Origin: Aplysia californica
Taxonomy: Eukaryota
Direction of reading: 5' to 3'
NCBI RefSeq assembly: GCF_000002075.1
Contig: NW_004797304.1
Span: 975,328-1,038,506 of the forward strand
Length of the DNA stretch: 63,179 nucleotides
Shown: piece by piece, positions 1-12,362 of the stretch
How positions within the stretch are numbered: position 1 is the first letter of the stretch
How the letters are laid out: each line of letters begins with the position of its first letter
The notes under the pieces: model-generated
The model's input: the letters and a program-made list of their open reading frames with translations, nothing else
The model's database searches: none
Told to the model about the DNA's origin: nothing
Position numbers and translations under genes: made by a program

Positions 1-2108
1 ATTACTTTACTATTTTCCTATATATTAATCTCTCTTTCTGTAACACTACTGATTTGGGGGAAACTTGTGGAGATTCTGTAAAACATGTAGGCCTACTCTC
101 TTGTATTCAAAGTAAACTTATTGCCATAATGGTAATAAGTAATTTTTAGTCATTTTAAAAAAGTATAGGATGGATTTTGGTTTGTATTTGGTTATAATCT
201 TCTCGTATGCAAATGCCGGTTTCTCTTCAACTTCATTGTCGCTCACGCAAAAAAAATTTGAGGCAGCATGGTGAAATCAGGCGCTCGTAAAATAAAGAAA
301 GTGAAGAAACTGGCATTTTCCCACAGTTAAAGAAATTTTTTTGAATTTTTGTTTTTTGGCTCTACGCCTTTCATAGAACAAATTTATGAGTGGATTTTAC
401 TGAAAAACGTTGATTAAAGGCTTAAAAGAAGTAAATTTTCAGTCTCCATAGACTCTCAAGCTAAGGAAATTACGCAACTTTGGCGGCCATTTTCTCATTA
501 ATTTTACCTCTGAAACAAGGTGAGCCCCCACCTCCTTCAGTCGCCAATATCTGAACTTATACAAAAGATAAATGGATATTTTTTCCATCTAAAGCAAGGC
601 AAATGGACAGACTTTAAGATGATACCAATGACTCCATGTGCCCTAAAAGTGACGAGCACCTGATTCCACCGCACCGTGACACAGATAGAGCTATAATCTT
701 CTCCCAAAAACTAGCAACAAATGTAGTCCTATCTTGTTAGCTGTTACCTGTTCCGTTGATGAACAGATGCTTGATGGATATATATAAATTTAATGAGCTG
801 TCCCACACTGTGATAAGATGTGTCCTACAATAAAGAGAAGGACTGTTTTTAAAACACATTTTCAGTGCCATAAGAAGGCAGTTGTGGGCTATCAGACTTG
901 TACAGACGTCGGTTTAGTTTAGGTCTCTCAACCCAATTCCGCACTCCCAAAACAACTTTCATTTCCAGAAGACATGGTCTCTTTTGTCTCATATTGTACC
1001 AAGTTGCTGCCACAAAAAATATTGGTACAACAACACATAATTCTTTTGCTCACTCTGTGAAGCAAGGTCAAGGGAGTCAATCACTTTGTGGGGGGAGGAA
1101 GGGTGTGGGGGAGGGAGACGACAGCTACGAAATTGCAGAGATTCTGGCCCTGTGGTATCAGATTGTCCACTTTCAAATCAAAGTCAAATTTGACTCTGGG
1201 CGGTTAGTGGAGGGTGTTTAAACAGTTCGTAGTAATTTGTCATTGTAGTCACTTTCCCATTCCTAATTTCAGGTGTGTTTGCAGTATAAACAGATTATAT
1301 TTATAATTTTGAATGAAAATTAAAATACCTCATCTAGTAAAGAGGACATTTTTGATTCATATTAGTTGATTGAGCGTGTTTTGAGAATGTGCAAATTGAT
1401 AATATGTGGTGTTTTTAGAGATGTTTGTTTCCCATTTCCTGTATATTTATAATGGGAATAGAAATTTTGAATGATCATTAAAAAATCTTAAAAAAAACTA
1501 GGGCATTTATGATTCATAGGAATCGATTTAGGGGTGTTTGCGAATGAGCATACTGATAGTTATAGATAGCGATATGCTGTGTTTGTTGATGTTCGTTTGC
1601 TATTTCAGCTGATTCTGTTGTTGACTTATGGCTTACTACAATGGACTTTGCTTGAGATAATAGGAACACTGGAAAGACGTCATTTAAGCCATGAAAATAA
1701 TTCACTCAATTTCTCTACCTTTTTAGAATATTGGTGGGTGATATAATTAAAAAAGGCGTCTTAGTATTTAAAGTCATTTTGTCAGAATTCACCTCTTCAA
1801 GTTCAAGCCGAGTCCACTGTATTCTGATGTTCTTGTTTCAGAGTGTGTGGTGCATGCCTCTGATCATTAAAAAAGTGACTATTTTCAACAAAGTTTTTGA
1901 TTATTTTTGTTAATGAATTTTTTATAACAAAATTCTTTGGTGTTCGCAACTCTCTCTCTCTCTCGCTCTATCTGTCACTTACACACTTTTATGCACTCAA
2001 GCACACTTTTTTCTCCGTTGCCTTTTCTCTTTGTCAATTTTACCTCCTCCTCACCTCAATGACCTCAGTGTCTTCTTTGATTTTTTGTCCGTCTCTCATT
2101 CATGCTTT

Positions 2109-2505
2109 TTTGTTTTAGTAGAGGTTTTACGGCTCTCGCGACTGCATAGGTCATATGAGCGCCAAGGGATGGATGTTAACAGAGAAGTCCTTACAGGGAA
2201 TCAGACTTACCTCTGCTCACCTCTCTAGCTTCAACAGCACAAAGTCTGCTTCGACTATCAAGGCACCCCGAAAATAGCGGGTCACAAGAGTGTGACCAAC
2301 ATACAAAAGAAGCAGAGGTGTAGTGACGATAGTAAGGATTAATAAAGAAAGAGCAGCAGTTCCCTGTTGTAGTTCAGGCACAGTTATGAGCATGACATTG
2401 TTGGATCAGTCCATTTACAATTCTACTGTGCACTAGAACGAGAAACGTCCCCCCTTTGGGAATGGCCTGAAGACACTTCAGTCAGTGGCACCGCCGCGGG
2501 GGGTA
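2109..2505 (-). mobile_element. Family A short retroelement (~390 bp) with LINE-type 3' stem-loop tail
   Basis: 13-bp TSD TCATTCATGCTTT (2096-2108/2506-2518); homologous copies at 8561-8966 and 24928-25532. Confidence 0.85.
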
Positions 2506-3288
2506 TCATTCATGCTTTGTGGAGCCTTTCTTCACATTCCAAACTGGTGTGTGTAATCTTATTCAATTGTGATGCATTGCAAGTATCGTAAACTCTTACT
2601 GAAACTAGAAAAAAAAAAAATTAGAATAGAAAAGATACAAGAAGATTCTGTTATAATTGGGATCCAGTGATAAATTAAAGGGCAATAATAAAGTAGGCCT
2701 AATTTATGAGTTGGGTGTTCTGTTTAATTCTTTTTGTTATCTCCCAAGATGATTTTGTTCAGCATGACCTCAACCGCATCGGAGAAATGAGAGGCATTGT
2801 AGGCCATGATAATCTAAACTAGGCTCGCTTATCACACGATGCGTTCTGCTTGTCTGCGCATGCCGTTACCTTCCCACTCTCATTCGCTCCGGCCTTCATT
2901 GTTGGCACACGTGGGCACTCCCATTCTTTATTTCGCAAGATCACCAAGTTTCTCAACTGGCGAGGTTTTACATATGTGCACACAGGATCAATATTCCGCT
3001 ATATAACCGATTTATGTGTTTGTCTGATTGCTCTATAACAGTATTTTATTTACAAAGACAAGCAAAAAAAACGGGGTTTTAGAATAGTGTCTTTATAACA
3101 GACTTTTCATTATTTCAGGACTCATCATAAGTGGACTCCACTGTATTACAAATCAGTATCATCATAAGGATTGCACTTTCAAAGACAGATCCTGAATGAA
3201 TATGTAGAAGCCAACTTATCCCTAATATTTTTCACCACACATGAGAAAGCTGAAGATGTTTAAAGAAACCAAAGAAGTATTTTCTTTC

Positions 3289-3457
3289 AGTAAGAGTTTT
3301 ACAGCACTTGCAATGCAATTAGGTCCAATAAGTGCTGAAGATTAGAAGTGTAACAAGCGAGTAACATTAACAAACACCAGAAAGGAGAGATGATGATGAT
3401 AGATGTTTGATAAGAAAGAAGGAGTGAACTACACCTGAGCACCCGCCTCCCATCCAC
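3289..3457 (-). mobile_element. Diverged family B copy
   Basis: Colinear with 9042-9219. Confidence 0.7.
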
Positions 3458-5772
3458 TCAAAAAGTATCACAGAATCAGTTATATATATATAAAAGTATG
3501 GCAGTATGTAAAACTGACTTAAGAAAAAATAATATATATCAGCAACGACATAATATAATGCTTCATTCTTCTTTATTGACACATGTACATCCTGAAACAC
3601 AATTCAATCAAAAATCTTTAATTCATGGCATGAGGAGCGTGAGAGACAATGACTCTGCATACATGCCATTCAAGTCAAAAGTCCAAGGCTTTCTACCTAC
3701 CAGTCCTCATCCTCACAACACAGTACATATTGCAGACCAGCATTCACCTAAACTAGGGGTCCTGAGTTCTGAAGTCAGAGTAGTACAAGAAATTTGAGTA
3801 GAAGAAGCCTACTTCGGACATACACAGACAAAGAGAATCTGATGCTTCATTAGCCAGAGAAGGATAGACTCACAGTTGTGAAAGTATACGCCGTATTTTT
3901 AACTCGCCACAGCAGCATCCTGATTGATCCAGTGTTAAACTACATTAAACGACAGACCAGCATGCACAAATAGAAATTGGCCGGACGAGGGAATCTTTTC
4001 CTTATGTGCAAATTTTGATATATTCGTGCTTCTAGTTTTTAAATGCGGGAAGTATAAGAAAACAATTTGGGACCTGAAAATCTGTTCCTTATGTGCGTGC
4101 TAGGCTAGTCCTCACATAGTTTCACTTAAGATTTCAAGACACCCACCCTCCATTTTCAACATTGGCATATGCCACACAAATTACTGCTAACCCTCATAAC
4201 TCAAATGTTTCACACTGAGTCCCCAAGACAATCTTAATCTTAATCAAGTCTTTAAGAACAAGACAATGCTGTAAACTCCCCGATGCTGAACTTAATACTT
4301 CAGAAATATATTTCATAAGAAAAGAAAAGAAAACAATTCTTGCAGCATAACCTAGAAGTAGAAGTCAGTCATACATTTTGATTCCATCGAAAACTACAGT
4401 TCCTTGCTTTCTCTCAAGTATTCCATTTCACTTAAAACAACAGCATAATATAAACAACTAAATACAATAACAACCTCTGAGTACAAAAATAGTTATCATA
4501 GATGATAGAGGCTGTCCCATTTATTCAGAACACAGCAGCATGGGAGCCACATAAACCTCAGAGGAAAATTTCTGATTTCAAACTGCTTCCAAAATGATAA
4601 GGCAGTATCGCTGCTGTCACAAGAGAAATGAGCTACTCCATTTTACACTGCTATACAGAGTGAGAAAAAAACAGTGAAGAAATTACTCAGTTTTTTTTTC
4701 TGGCAACAGCAATGATATATCACATTGCCGAAAAAAAACAACAAAAAAACCCCACAAAACTTTAAACACATACACATGAAACAAACAGTTTGGAACAACC
4801 ATGATTTAAAAAACCTTACGCATCTGTTCCATATGTTGTATACCTTTGTTCAGCCAAAGGATTATCAGGCTATTTCCATCAGCAGGATAAACACAGGGCA
4901 CAGCATTATTGAAAATCGCCATAACCTCAGCTGGAATCATTCTCCTCTAACTGTAAATGTGCAAATCATACTGAGGTAGAACTTTCACTTCTCATTTAAT
5001 TTGAGTCATCATGGAAGAAAAACCCCTCCTTCTCCTTATGTAAAACTGAACTACAGTATAACATGGATAGCTTGAATATGTCGTGACCGGTCTTGATAGC
5101 TAGGGGGGATATCTTACAAAAATAAAGAAGAAGAAAAAAGGGACCACAGGCACAGGTCGACGGATGCATGATTTCGAGTCTTCTGTGTTCGACCTATCCA
5201 TGTTAAACTCTATCCAGAAATGGAGAGGAAAACAAAAATAAAAAAGAACTCTTAGTTAGATAATAGATGACAAACTTGATTTAGGCAGAACTACTTTTCA
5301 GACTTTCATAACAAATGACAAAGAAACTAGCAAAAAATCCATCACACTGAAAGATTCAGCAATCATAGCGTTAGTTGACAAGATTTGATAGCACAGCAAT
5401 TTGAGTGCAATCAGAACACACGTAAAAAATGAAGGAATAACGCAGTAGACAAAAAGCCGATCTTCTCAAGAGACCCGGCAAATGGAATCATTGTCAGCAC
5501 CATGGAGCATAAAGAGACACAGCGTGTTCTTATACAGTAGTCAGCACAATGACCCAGCTATGTCCCAACTTCCTGAGCACCGAAATGACACTCACGATTA
5601 TCACATCCAGATAGTCATCCTTGATGATACTGTATCGGCTTATCTCTTCATCGCAATCACAAACAATATTTTTGGCCTAAAGCAAAAAAAAAAAAAAAAG
5701 AAAAAAGTTGTCTCTATCAATTGATTAAATGTTATTATAATAGAATTTGGCATAAACTGCCCAACCTCTACT

Positions 5773-7906
5773 TTAGTTATAATAGTTAGGTTGAAACTGC
5801 CCATCTCCACCTCCTCCGCGAGGTCGCTGCTGACCTTGAGTCATTCTGGGCTGGATACCTCTTGGGCTGGGCCATCGGTTTGTGGGGTTAAACCGAGGGG
5901 AGCCTCCCTGCCCAGAGTTTCCCGGTGTGGGGATGAGTCCTGCCCCCTGGGAGCGGGCGGCAAAGTTGAAGGCCTGCACCATCCCAGCCAAGGCCCGCGG
6001 CATGTTGTTGGGCATGTTGTTGGGCATATTGTTGGGCATATTGTTGGGCATGTTGTTAGGCATGTTGTTGGGCATATTGTTGGGCATATTGTTGGGCATG
6101 TTGTTGGGCATATTGTTGGGCATGTTAGCTCCCATGTTGCTGTGAGGCGTCATCAGGAGAGCTCCCTGGGCGTTGCTGGCGCCTTTGTTGAAGTTCATGT
6201 TCTGAGCATTGTTTCCGCCCCCTCCTCCTCCCCCACCACCACCACCCAAGTTATGATTGTCCCTGCCCGCCATCTGCTGAGGGCTGTTCGCATTGGGAAA
6301 CATTCCCGAAGAAGAGATGTTGGACTGGCCAAAGTTCTGCTGGGAGGGATTCTGCATTTTGGGACGAGTCTGGGTGAAAGAGGCGCTCCCGCCCTGAGAA
6401 GGATTTACATACGGCAGAGGCCGATACTGACCTTCGTCCTGGATGGGGACTGTGATGAGGTTGACGTTAGTCCGTGCTTGCGGGTTCTGCAGGCCTGGCC
6501 CAGCATTGCCCTGAGAGCTGTTGAAGTTGTCCACATTTTTGCTGCCCCCTGAGAGGGGAGAAAGCTGTTGGTGGCCGCCGGAACCCGGAAGCAGCTGAGA
6601 CGTTGGCGACGGGATCCGCTGGTTGTTCATTTGCTGCATCATTCCCGGCGATATCCTGCCCTGATTGTACAGCGGCATATTACCGTGGCCCTGATGCATA
6701 GCATTCTGGCCTGAGGACATTGGACTGTGTCCATGCGACATGGGTCCATGGCCAGTTTGCATGTCCCTACGACTCTGCGGAAGGTTATGTCCACCTGAGC
6801 CGTCCAGCCCCTGAAGGCCACCGTGCCGCTGTTGCATGCCGTGTCCCCCCTGCGGAACGTTATGTCCTTGCGGCATGCCATGTCCCCCTTGCGGCATATT
6901 GAGTCCCTGTTGCATGCCGTGTCCCCGAGGCATATTGTGTCCTTGCTGCATGTTATGGCCCTGAGGCATATTATGCCCTTGTTGCATGCCATGCCCCGGC
7001 ATGTTATGTGCTTGCTGCATGTTCTGCCCTTGTTGGACGTTATGCGCCTGAGGCATATTGCGTCCAGGCTGCATCTCTAGCCCTTGCTGCATGGAGCCGT
7101 GTCCTTGGTGCATGATGCCCCCCTGCCCCATCTGCATAGCTCCTCCATGGCCTGGCTGCATGTGAGGGGAGGCCAGACCCATGCCCTGCTGGTGCTGCTG
7201 ATGGTGTTGCATCTGCTGCTGCTGCAGCTCCAGCTGTTGTTGTTGAAGCTGATGCTTATGCTGATGCTGCTGTGAAAGTGGCACCATGTCCAATGGGCGG
7301 TAGATGCTGGGCTCCGAACCACCTTGAACACCGGGGCTGCCAAACGGCAACATGGAGGGAGCCATGGAGCCCGGGCTTGGGGCGGGCGGCACCAGGGGAG
7401 AGCCCCCGTGGCCTGCCGAGGAGGAGGAGCCTGCCACAGAGGAAGCCACCTGTCGCAAATCTCCCAGACCCGGGATAAGGGGTGGGGCCGGGCTAAGCTG
7501 TTGTCCGACCGGCCCGCTGTGGGAGGAGGAGGAGGAGAGATTCAGCCCGCCACCCGCCGAGTGACCTCCCGGCACTTGCAGTGGTGGGGCCAGGTGAGGT
7601 GGCAGACCTAATGAGTTCACAGACAGTGCAGGGTTCCCAACGGGTTGTTGGGTCGCCTGCTGCTGCGCGGCCTGCTGTTGGGTGAGAGGCAGCTGGAGGG
7701 AGGCCTGCGAGGTCATCGTGGCTGGCTGGGAGGAGGACTTGCTCTCCGGCTTCGGCATATGACGATGGGCAATGTGTGACTGCAGATCCCTCTGCGAGAG
7801 ATACGTCCTCCGACATCCTTTCGTGTTGTGTTTCGGAGCGCCGTGGGTGCACACAAAAACAGTTCCAAGAGCAGACTTCTCTACTTTCTGTACTCTAGCA
7901 CCACAT
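5773..7906 (-). CDS. CBLL1: Hakai last coding exon: end of RING, C2H2 finger and long low-complexity C-terminus
   Basis: Acceptor (T)nCCTGTTCCAG ending at 7907; contains [19 protein letters not shown]; stop TAA at 5773-5775. Confidence 0.93.
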
Positions 7907-10900
7907 CTGGAACAGGAAAAAAAAAAAACCCTCATAAAAATCCAAAATTAAGCAAGAGTGAAAGTTAAAGATGCTCACCCATTTGCACTTCAGAAAATGA
8001 ATTTGTTTGACACTTAAACACTGAAATGAGGACACAAAATTGAAGGCACAGCAAAATGTAAGTATCATATATCCTTTTCAAATTTGAAAATAGCTGAGGT
8101 ATTCAAACAACGTTATCCAAATATTTGGGACCCCCCAAAAACATAGGAACTGGTCAAGTTTAAGCAATGCATGGAGTATGTAACACAGAAGTCAATCAAT
8201 AATACAACACAAAACAAACATGCATAAAATAACAAAAGCCATAACACCCTCTTTCCCACACTTCCTTACTTTGTTGGTTTCTCTTTCCTGCATTATCTAA
8301 ATCTTCATATTAACTTTTATTCATCTTCCTCTTGCTACCTGAGTACACTTGTGATTATTATAAGCAAAATTTCACTCCATAGTATCACTACTATCATTCA
8401 CAACGCAAACACAAGATGAACCAACCGTTTGCATGTCTTCTCACACTTCCGGGCACAGTCAAAGCAGAAGATGTGCTTACATGGCAGCTGGGGAAAAAAC
8501 CCAGCGAGAAAAGAGCTTTAAACAGGTTGTGTGACCAGCAGGTGCGACTTATACAGCTCTTTTCAATTTTTTGGGGGGGTAGAGGTTTTATGGCGCCCGC
8601 AACTGCATAAGGTCATATGAGCGCCAAGGGGTGGATCTCAACAGAGAAGTCCTTACAGGGAATCAGACTTAGACTGCTCACCTCTCTAGCTTCAACAGCA
8701 CAAAGTCTGCTTCGACTATCAAGGCAAACCGGAAATAGCGGGTCATCAGAGTGTGACAAACAAACAAAAGAAGTCGAGTTATAATGACGATAGTAAGGAT
8801 TAGGAAAGAAAAAGCAGCAGTTTCCTGTTGTAGTTCAGGCACAGTTATGAGCATGACATCGTTGGATCAGCCCATTTACAATTCTACTGTGCATTAGAAC
8901 GAGAAATGTCCCCCCTTTGGGAATGGCCTAAAGACACTTCAGTCAGTGGCACCACCCCGGGGGGTGTTATACAGCTCTACTAGGTAACATTAGCAAAGGC
9001 TATTTCAGCAACCAGAAAGGAGTCAGGCCAAAGACATCTTTTAGTTTAGTTTTAGTAGAGATTTTACGATGCTTGCAACTGCATAAGGTCATATGAGCGC
9101 CAGAAGATTACAGGTGCTACAAGGGAGTAACAAACACAAAAAAAGGAGGGGAAATAAAGACGATAGACGTTGATAGGAAAGAAGAAGCAAATCACACCAG
9201 AGCAACCGCCAACCACCCACAAAGACATCTTTAACAAAATTATAAATAAACAATTTTCTTAATTCAGAGAAGCAAAAGGAGTAGACCACAGAAACCAGCA
9301 TCTTAAGTAAATAGGAATAAAACGGTAGATACAGATTGGAGAAAGATCAAGTGCACAGATAAAAATGATATTAAAATAGCAAAGATGAACCAAACACAAC
9401 ACCCTCTAGAGTACATAAACAGTTCATAAGCAAACTCCTACACAGATTAAGAAAAGCAAATCTCAGGCCATTATCACAAAATACATCATTTCAAAAGATT
9501 TGATTAGTTTTACGCCCTCTTACTCCAATTTCAAAAGTAAAACTCTGGGCTCCTTATCTAGAGAGTACACATTCCATCCACAAAATAAAAATATTACTTT
9601 GAATTAAGAACTGAACTTCTTCGAGTTGGTGAAGTCTGACACCAGTTACGCAGCCATACACGTTGCCACTCGAAGTAAAAGTCATAACATAAATAGGCAA
9701 AACGTCCATATGAGCCTTCCTTTTCTACTTAGCTCCCTTTTCTCTTAATGATCATAATATAAAAAGTTGTTATCCGTAAAAATACCAGCTTTTTGGCTTT
9801 CGCAAACTGGGAACACTATTAATAAGAACGTTATTTTAAAAAATAAGTACTGACCATACGTCCATAGACTAGAATGGGAAGTTCACACAGTTCACACAGG
9901 TGAATGACTTTGTCATAAATCTTTTCTCCAAGTAAATCAACCTGAAAATACAAAGCAACAATGCAAAATAAAACACAAATTAATGTACTGTATTACTGTT
10001 AAAAGTTAAGCTGACCATTCTTACAGCTATCAAATTAAAATTTTTAATCTAAAAAAAGCTGAATGGCCTTCTTACCAACTTAAAATTAAGGTAAAAATAA
10101 CTGACTAGCAAAAAGCAAAGCTGTGGTACACAATTAAATGAGAAGAGCAACAAACAGATGAAACTGGAACCTTTAAGTGGGCTGGCATCCCAATTCAACT
10201 TTCAGTGATTTTTAAATCTATAACATATTTACTACTAAAAAAAATCAACTTCGCAGTTTCAAGTAACAACATTTCATCCCACAATTTAAACGAAAAGTTA
10301 CGAGATAGTAGTGTCAGTTTTTCCCTTGTGTGATGAAGATGAGCCCACAAAAAGAAAAAAATACCTTGTGGTCCCAGCGCAGAGGTTGATTCTGATGCAG
10401 TGGAGCCAAGTTGTATGCTGCCTTCAAAGTGGGATTCTCCACAACTTCCTCCTCTGAAGAAAAAAATCATACTTTTCTTTTAAACCTGGCCAGCTTCGAA
10501 TAACATAACCTGTACAGGTGGTCAGAACTGAATACCATGAGCCGTAATGCCAGTAAGACTAAACTAATAAAAGTTACGTCGAGGGGACGGATTTCATTGG
10601 AATCAAATCCAAATTCACATTTCATATTTGCACTGAGTATGATCCAAGCATAATGAAAGACAAACGTAGAATCAGATTATAAATATATATTTGTGCAGTA
10701 TAACTATATCACAGTAATCACACTTAACTGAAAATAAGAAACGAAAATAGAATTTCATTCCTGTCATCACACTTTAGAAGCAACATTTAACTTTGAGAGA
10801 GAGGAAAAAAACCCAACCCCAGTCACTATGATCGAGAAGAGAAGTGGTAAAAAGTTTTAACTCTTAAAATAATGATCATAAAGCTTCCTTTGTTCCCAAA

Positions 10901-11004
10901 GCATCACTATCAAGACCAGGACAGTAGCCATGCATGGCCTCTTTCATTAATATCTATACCGTAAGCATGTTTTTACCTGCAAATTCTGTGTCCAGCTCCA
11001 ACAT
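5773..11004 (-). CDS. CBLL1: E3 ubiquitin ligase Hakai (CBLL1), m6A writer-complex subunit; complete spliced CDS ~799 aa
   Basis: complement(join(5773..7906,8426..8487,9855..9941,10365..10453,10977..11004)) = 2400 nt; all introns GT-AG and phase-consistent. Translation [17 protein letters not shown]...LRWDHKVDLLGEK...[39 protein letters not shown]...[20 protein letters not shown] matches the Hakai RING-HC and C2H2 (HYB) signature. Confidence 0.92.
6001..6125 (-). repeat. 12-bp coding minisatellite encoding (MPNN)~10
   Basis: Tandem CAT(G/A)TTGTT(G/A)GG units on the plus strand. Confidence 0.9.
8426..8487 (-). CDS. CBLL1: Hakai coding exon 4 ([20 protein letters not shown])
   Basis: TTTTTTCCCCAG acceptor, CG|GTTGGT donor, 62 nt; RING PCxHxFCxxC motif. 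Confidence 0.92.
8561..8966 (-). mobile_element. Family A short retroelement
   Basis: 12-bp TSD TTATACAGCTCT (8549-8560/8967-8978); same ends as the copy at 2109-2505. Confidence 0.85.
9042..9219 (-). mobile_element. Family B short retroelement (~175 bp) with the same 3' tail
   Basis: 13-bp TSD CAAAGACATCTTT (9029-9041/9220-9232); starts GTGGGTGGTTGGCGG and ends ...GGCGCTCATATGACCTTATGCAGTTGC...CTACTAAAACTAAAC. Confidence 0.85.
9855..9941 (-). CDS. CBLL1: Hakai coding exon 3 (VDLLGEK...[16 protein letters not shown])
   Basis: TATTTTCAG acceptor, ATG|GTCAGT donor, 87 nt; first CxxC of the RING and the YGRM motif. Confidence 0.92.
10365..10453 (-). CDS. CBLL1: Hakai coding exon 2 (EEVVENP...PLRWDHK)
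   Basis: TTTTTTTCTTCAG acceptor, AAG|GTATTT donor; the WDHK motif precedes the conserved LLGEK. Confidence 0.85.
10977..11004 (-). CDS. CBLL1: Hakai first coding exon (MLELDTEFA); exon itself spans 10977-11049
   Basis: Acceptor TTTCCCTCCCAG at 11050, ATG at 11004, GCAG|GTAAAA donor in the phase required by exon 2. Confidence 0.7.
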
Positions 11005-11567
11005 AGTGGGAGGGGGGCGGGGGGAATTGACACAAAAATTTCCTCAAAGCTGGGAGGGAAAAAAGATAAAAAACAAACAAACAAGTTCAATAAACAATTA
11101 ACATTATCATTGTATCCTTTTAGATTCAGAAAGGGCAAAACATCTAAACAAAATGTAGGCCTATTTCTTCACACAGCAGAAGTTAGTATATCTCTGGAAA
11201 TGTGAGTGTATTTTTCACTTAAATTTTGCCTTTGTGAGTTTTCATGTAACACACTGGACATCTAGTATAATACCATGCACTTGACCTCTACTTAATATTA
11301 ACCCAAGTGAATTTTTTTGGCAAAAATGGCTGAAGAACACAGTAGAGAGCTCATCACTTCCTAAAGACCACATCTAAATGTTTCTCCATGAGGCAAAATT
11401 AAAATGTTAGACAGTACAGACTTGTATAAAGCCAATGGCTGTTGTTATTCTCACCCTGGGTGGTAAAATTGAATAGTATCTCTATTTTACTCTAACCCGG
11501 TCTGAGAATACAATGGATTTTATTCTCACCTGGATGTTGACAGCAGATAGTAAACCTAACCTAAATA

Positions 11568-12362
11568 CAGTAAAACCTGTGTAAGACGGCCACCCATTGT
11601 CAAGGAGAAAAGTGGCCGTATAAGGCAGGTGGCCGTCTTAGGCAGGACTGATCAAGATGAAGAAAACAAACCATTCCCATCTGTGGTCCCAATCGAAAGT
11701 AGCTCCATTGTTGTTGTTGATGTTGTGGATGTTGGTGGTGGTGGTGGTGGTTTGTATTTTGTTTGTAATTTTTATTTTGATGCTGATTTTGCACAAGGGT
11801 AACAATAAAACGAAACGTATCAGACGAGGAAAACCGAGTGCCATGTTAAAACAAACTCATGGGTCGCCACCACTCGGAGAACGAGCGACAAGTTCATGTT
11901 GACGTCCTTTGTTACACACTGGGTAAACAGTGACCACTCATCTCACTTACGATTTGTGTATGAGTTCTGGGCCGGGCTTATGGGTCATGATGAGGGATCA
12001 CATGCTTACCTCACAAGCAGCTGAAAATTGGTAGCTATCGGTCAACAGTGGGATCGAGGCCTACACAACATGACCAGTTGGAAGGACTACCTAACAACAA
12101 CGACAGGTGATTGAATTATGACGGCTCGCCCACAACGCCAGGGGCCAATGCACAATTTATGACAAAACGTAATGGAGTCATTAAGATGGCCGTCTAAGAC
12201 AGGTGTTATTGCTTAGTATGATAGGGGTTGTGTATTAAAATATGGTGGCCGCGGCCACGTTGGACAGGTGCCCGTTTTACACAGTTAAATTATATAGAAA
12301 AAACGCAAGGGGGGGGGGGGGGGGGAATGGAAAGTGGCCGTTTGTACAGGTGGCCGTCTTAT
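11568..12362 (+). mobile_element. pogo/Tigger-like MITE, 3'-truncated
   Basis: TA-CAGTAAAACCTGTGTAAGACGGCCAC start; colinear with 29455-31672. Confidence 0.7.

Noticed and set aside
1-690. End of an unclassified DNA-transposon-like repeat (internal GGTGAAATCAGGCGCTCGT inverted to ACGAGCACCTGATTCCACC)
   Set aside because: The other terminus lies outside the window, so boundaries and class cannot be supported
5791-7852. Many overlapping ORFs antisense or out of frame to Hakai (e.g. 253 aa HVVG repeat, LLGM/LLGI 'membrane-like' repeat)
   Set aside because: Shadows of the stop-poor repetitive coding exon; no independent splice or start evidence
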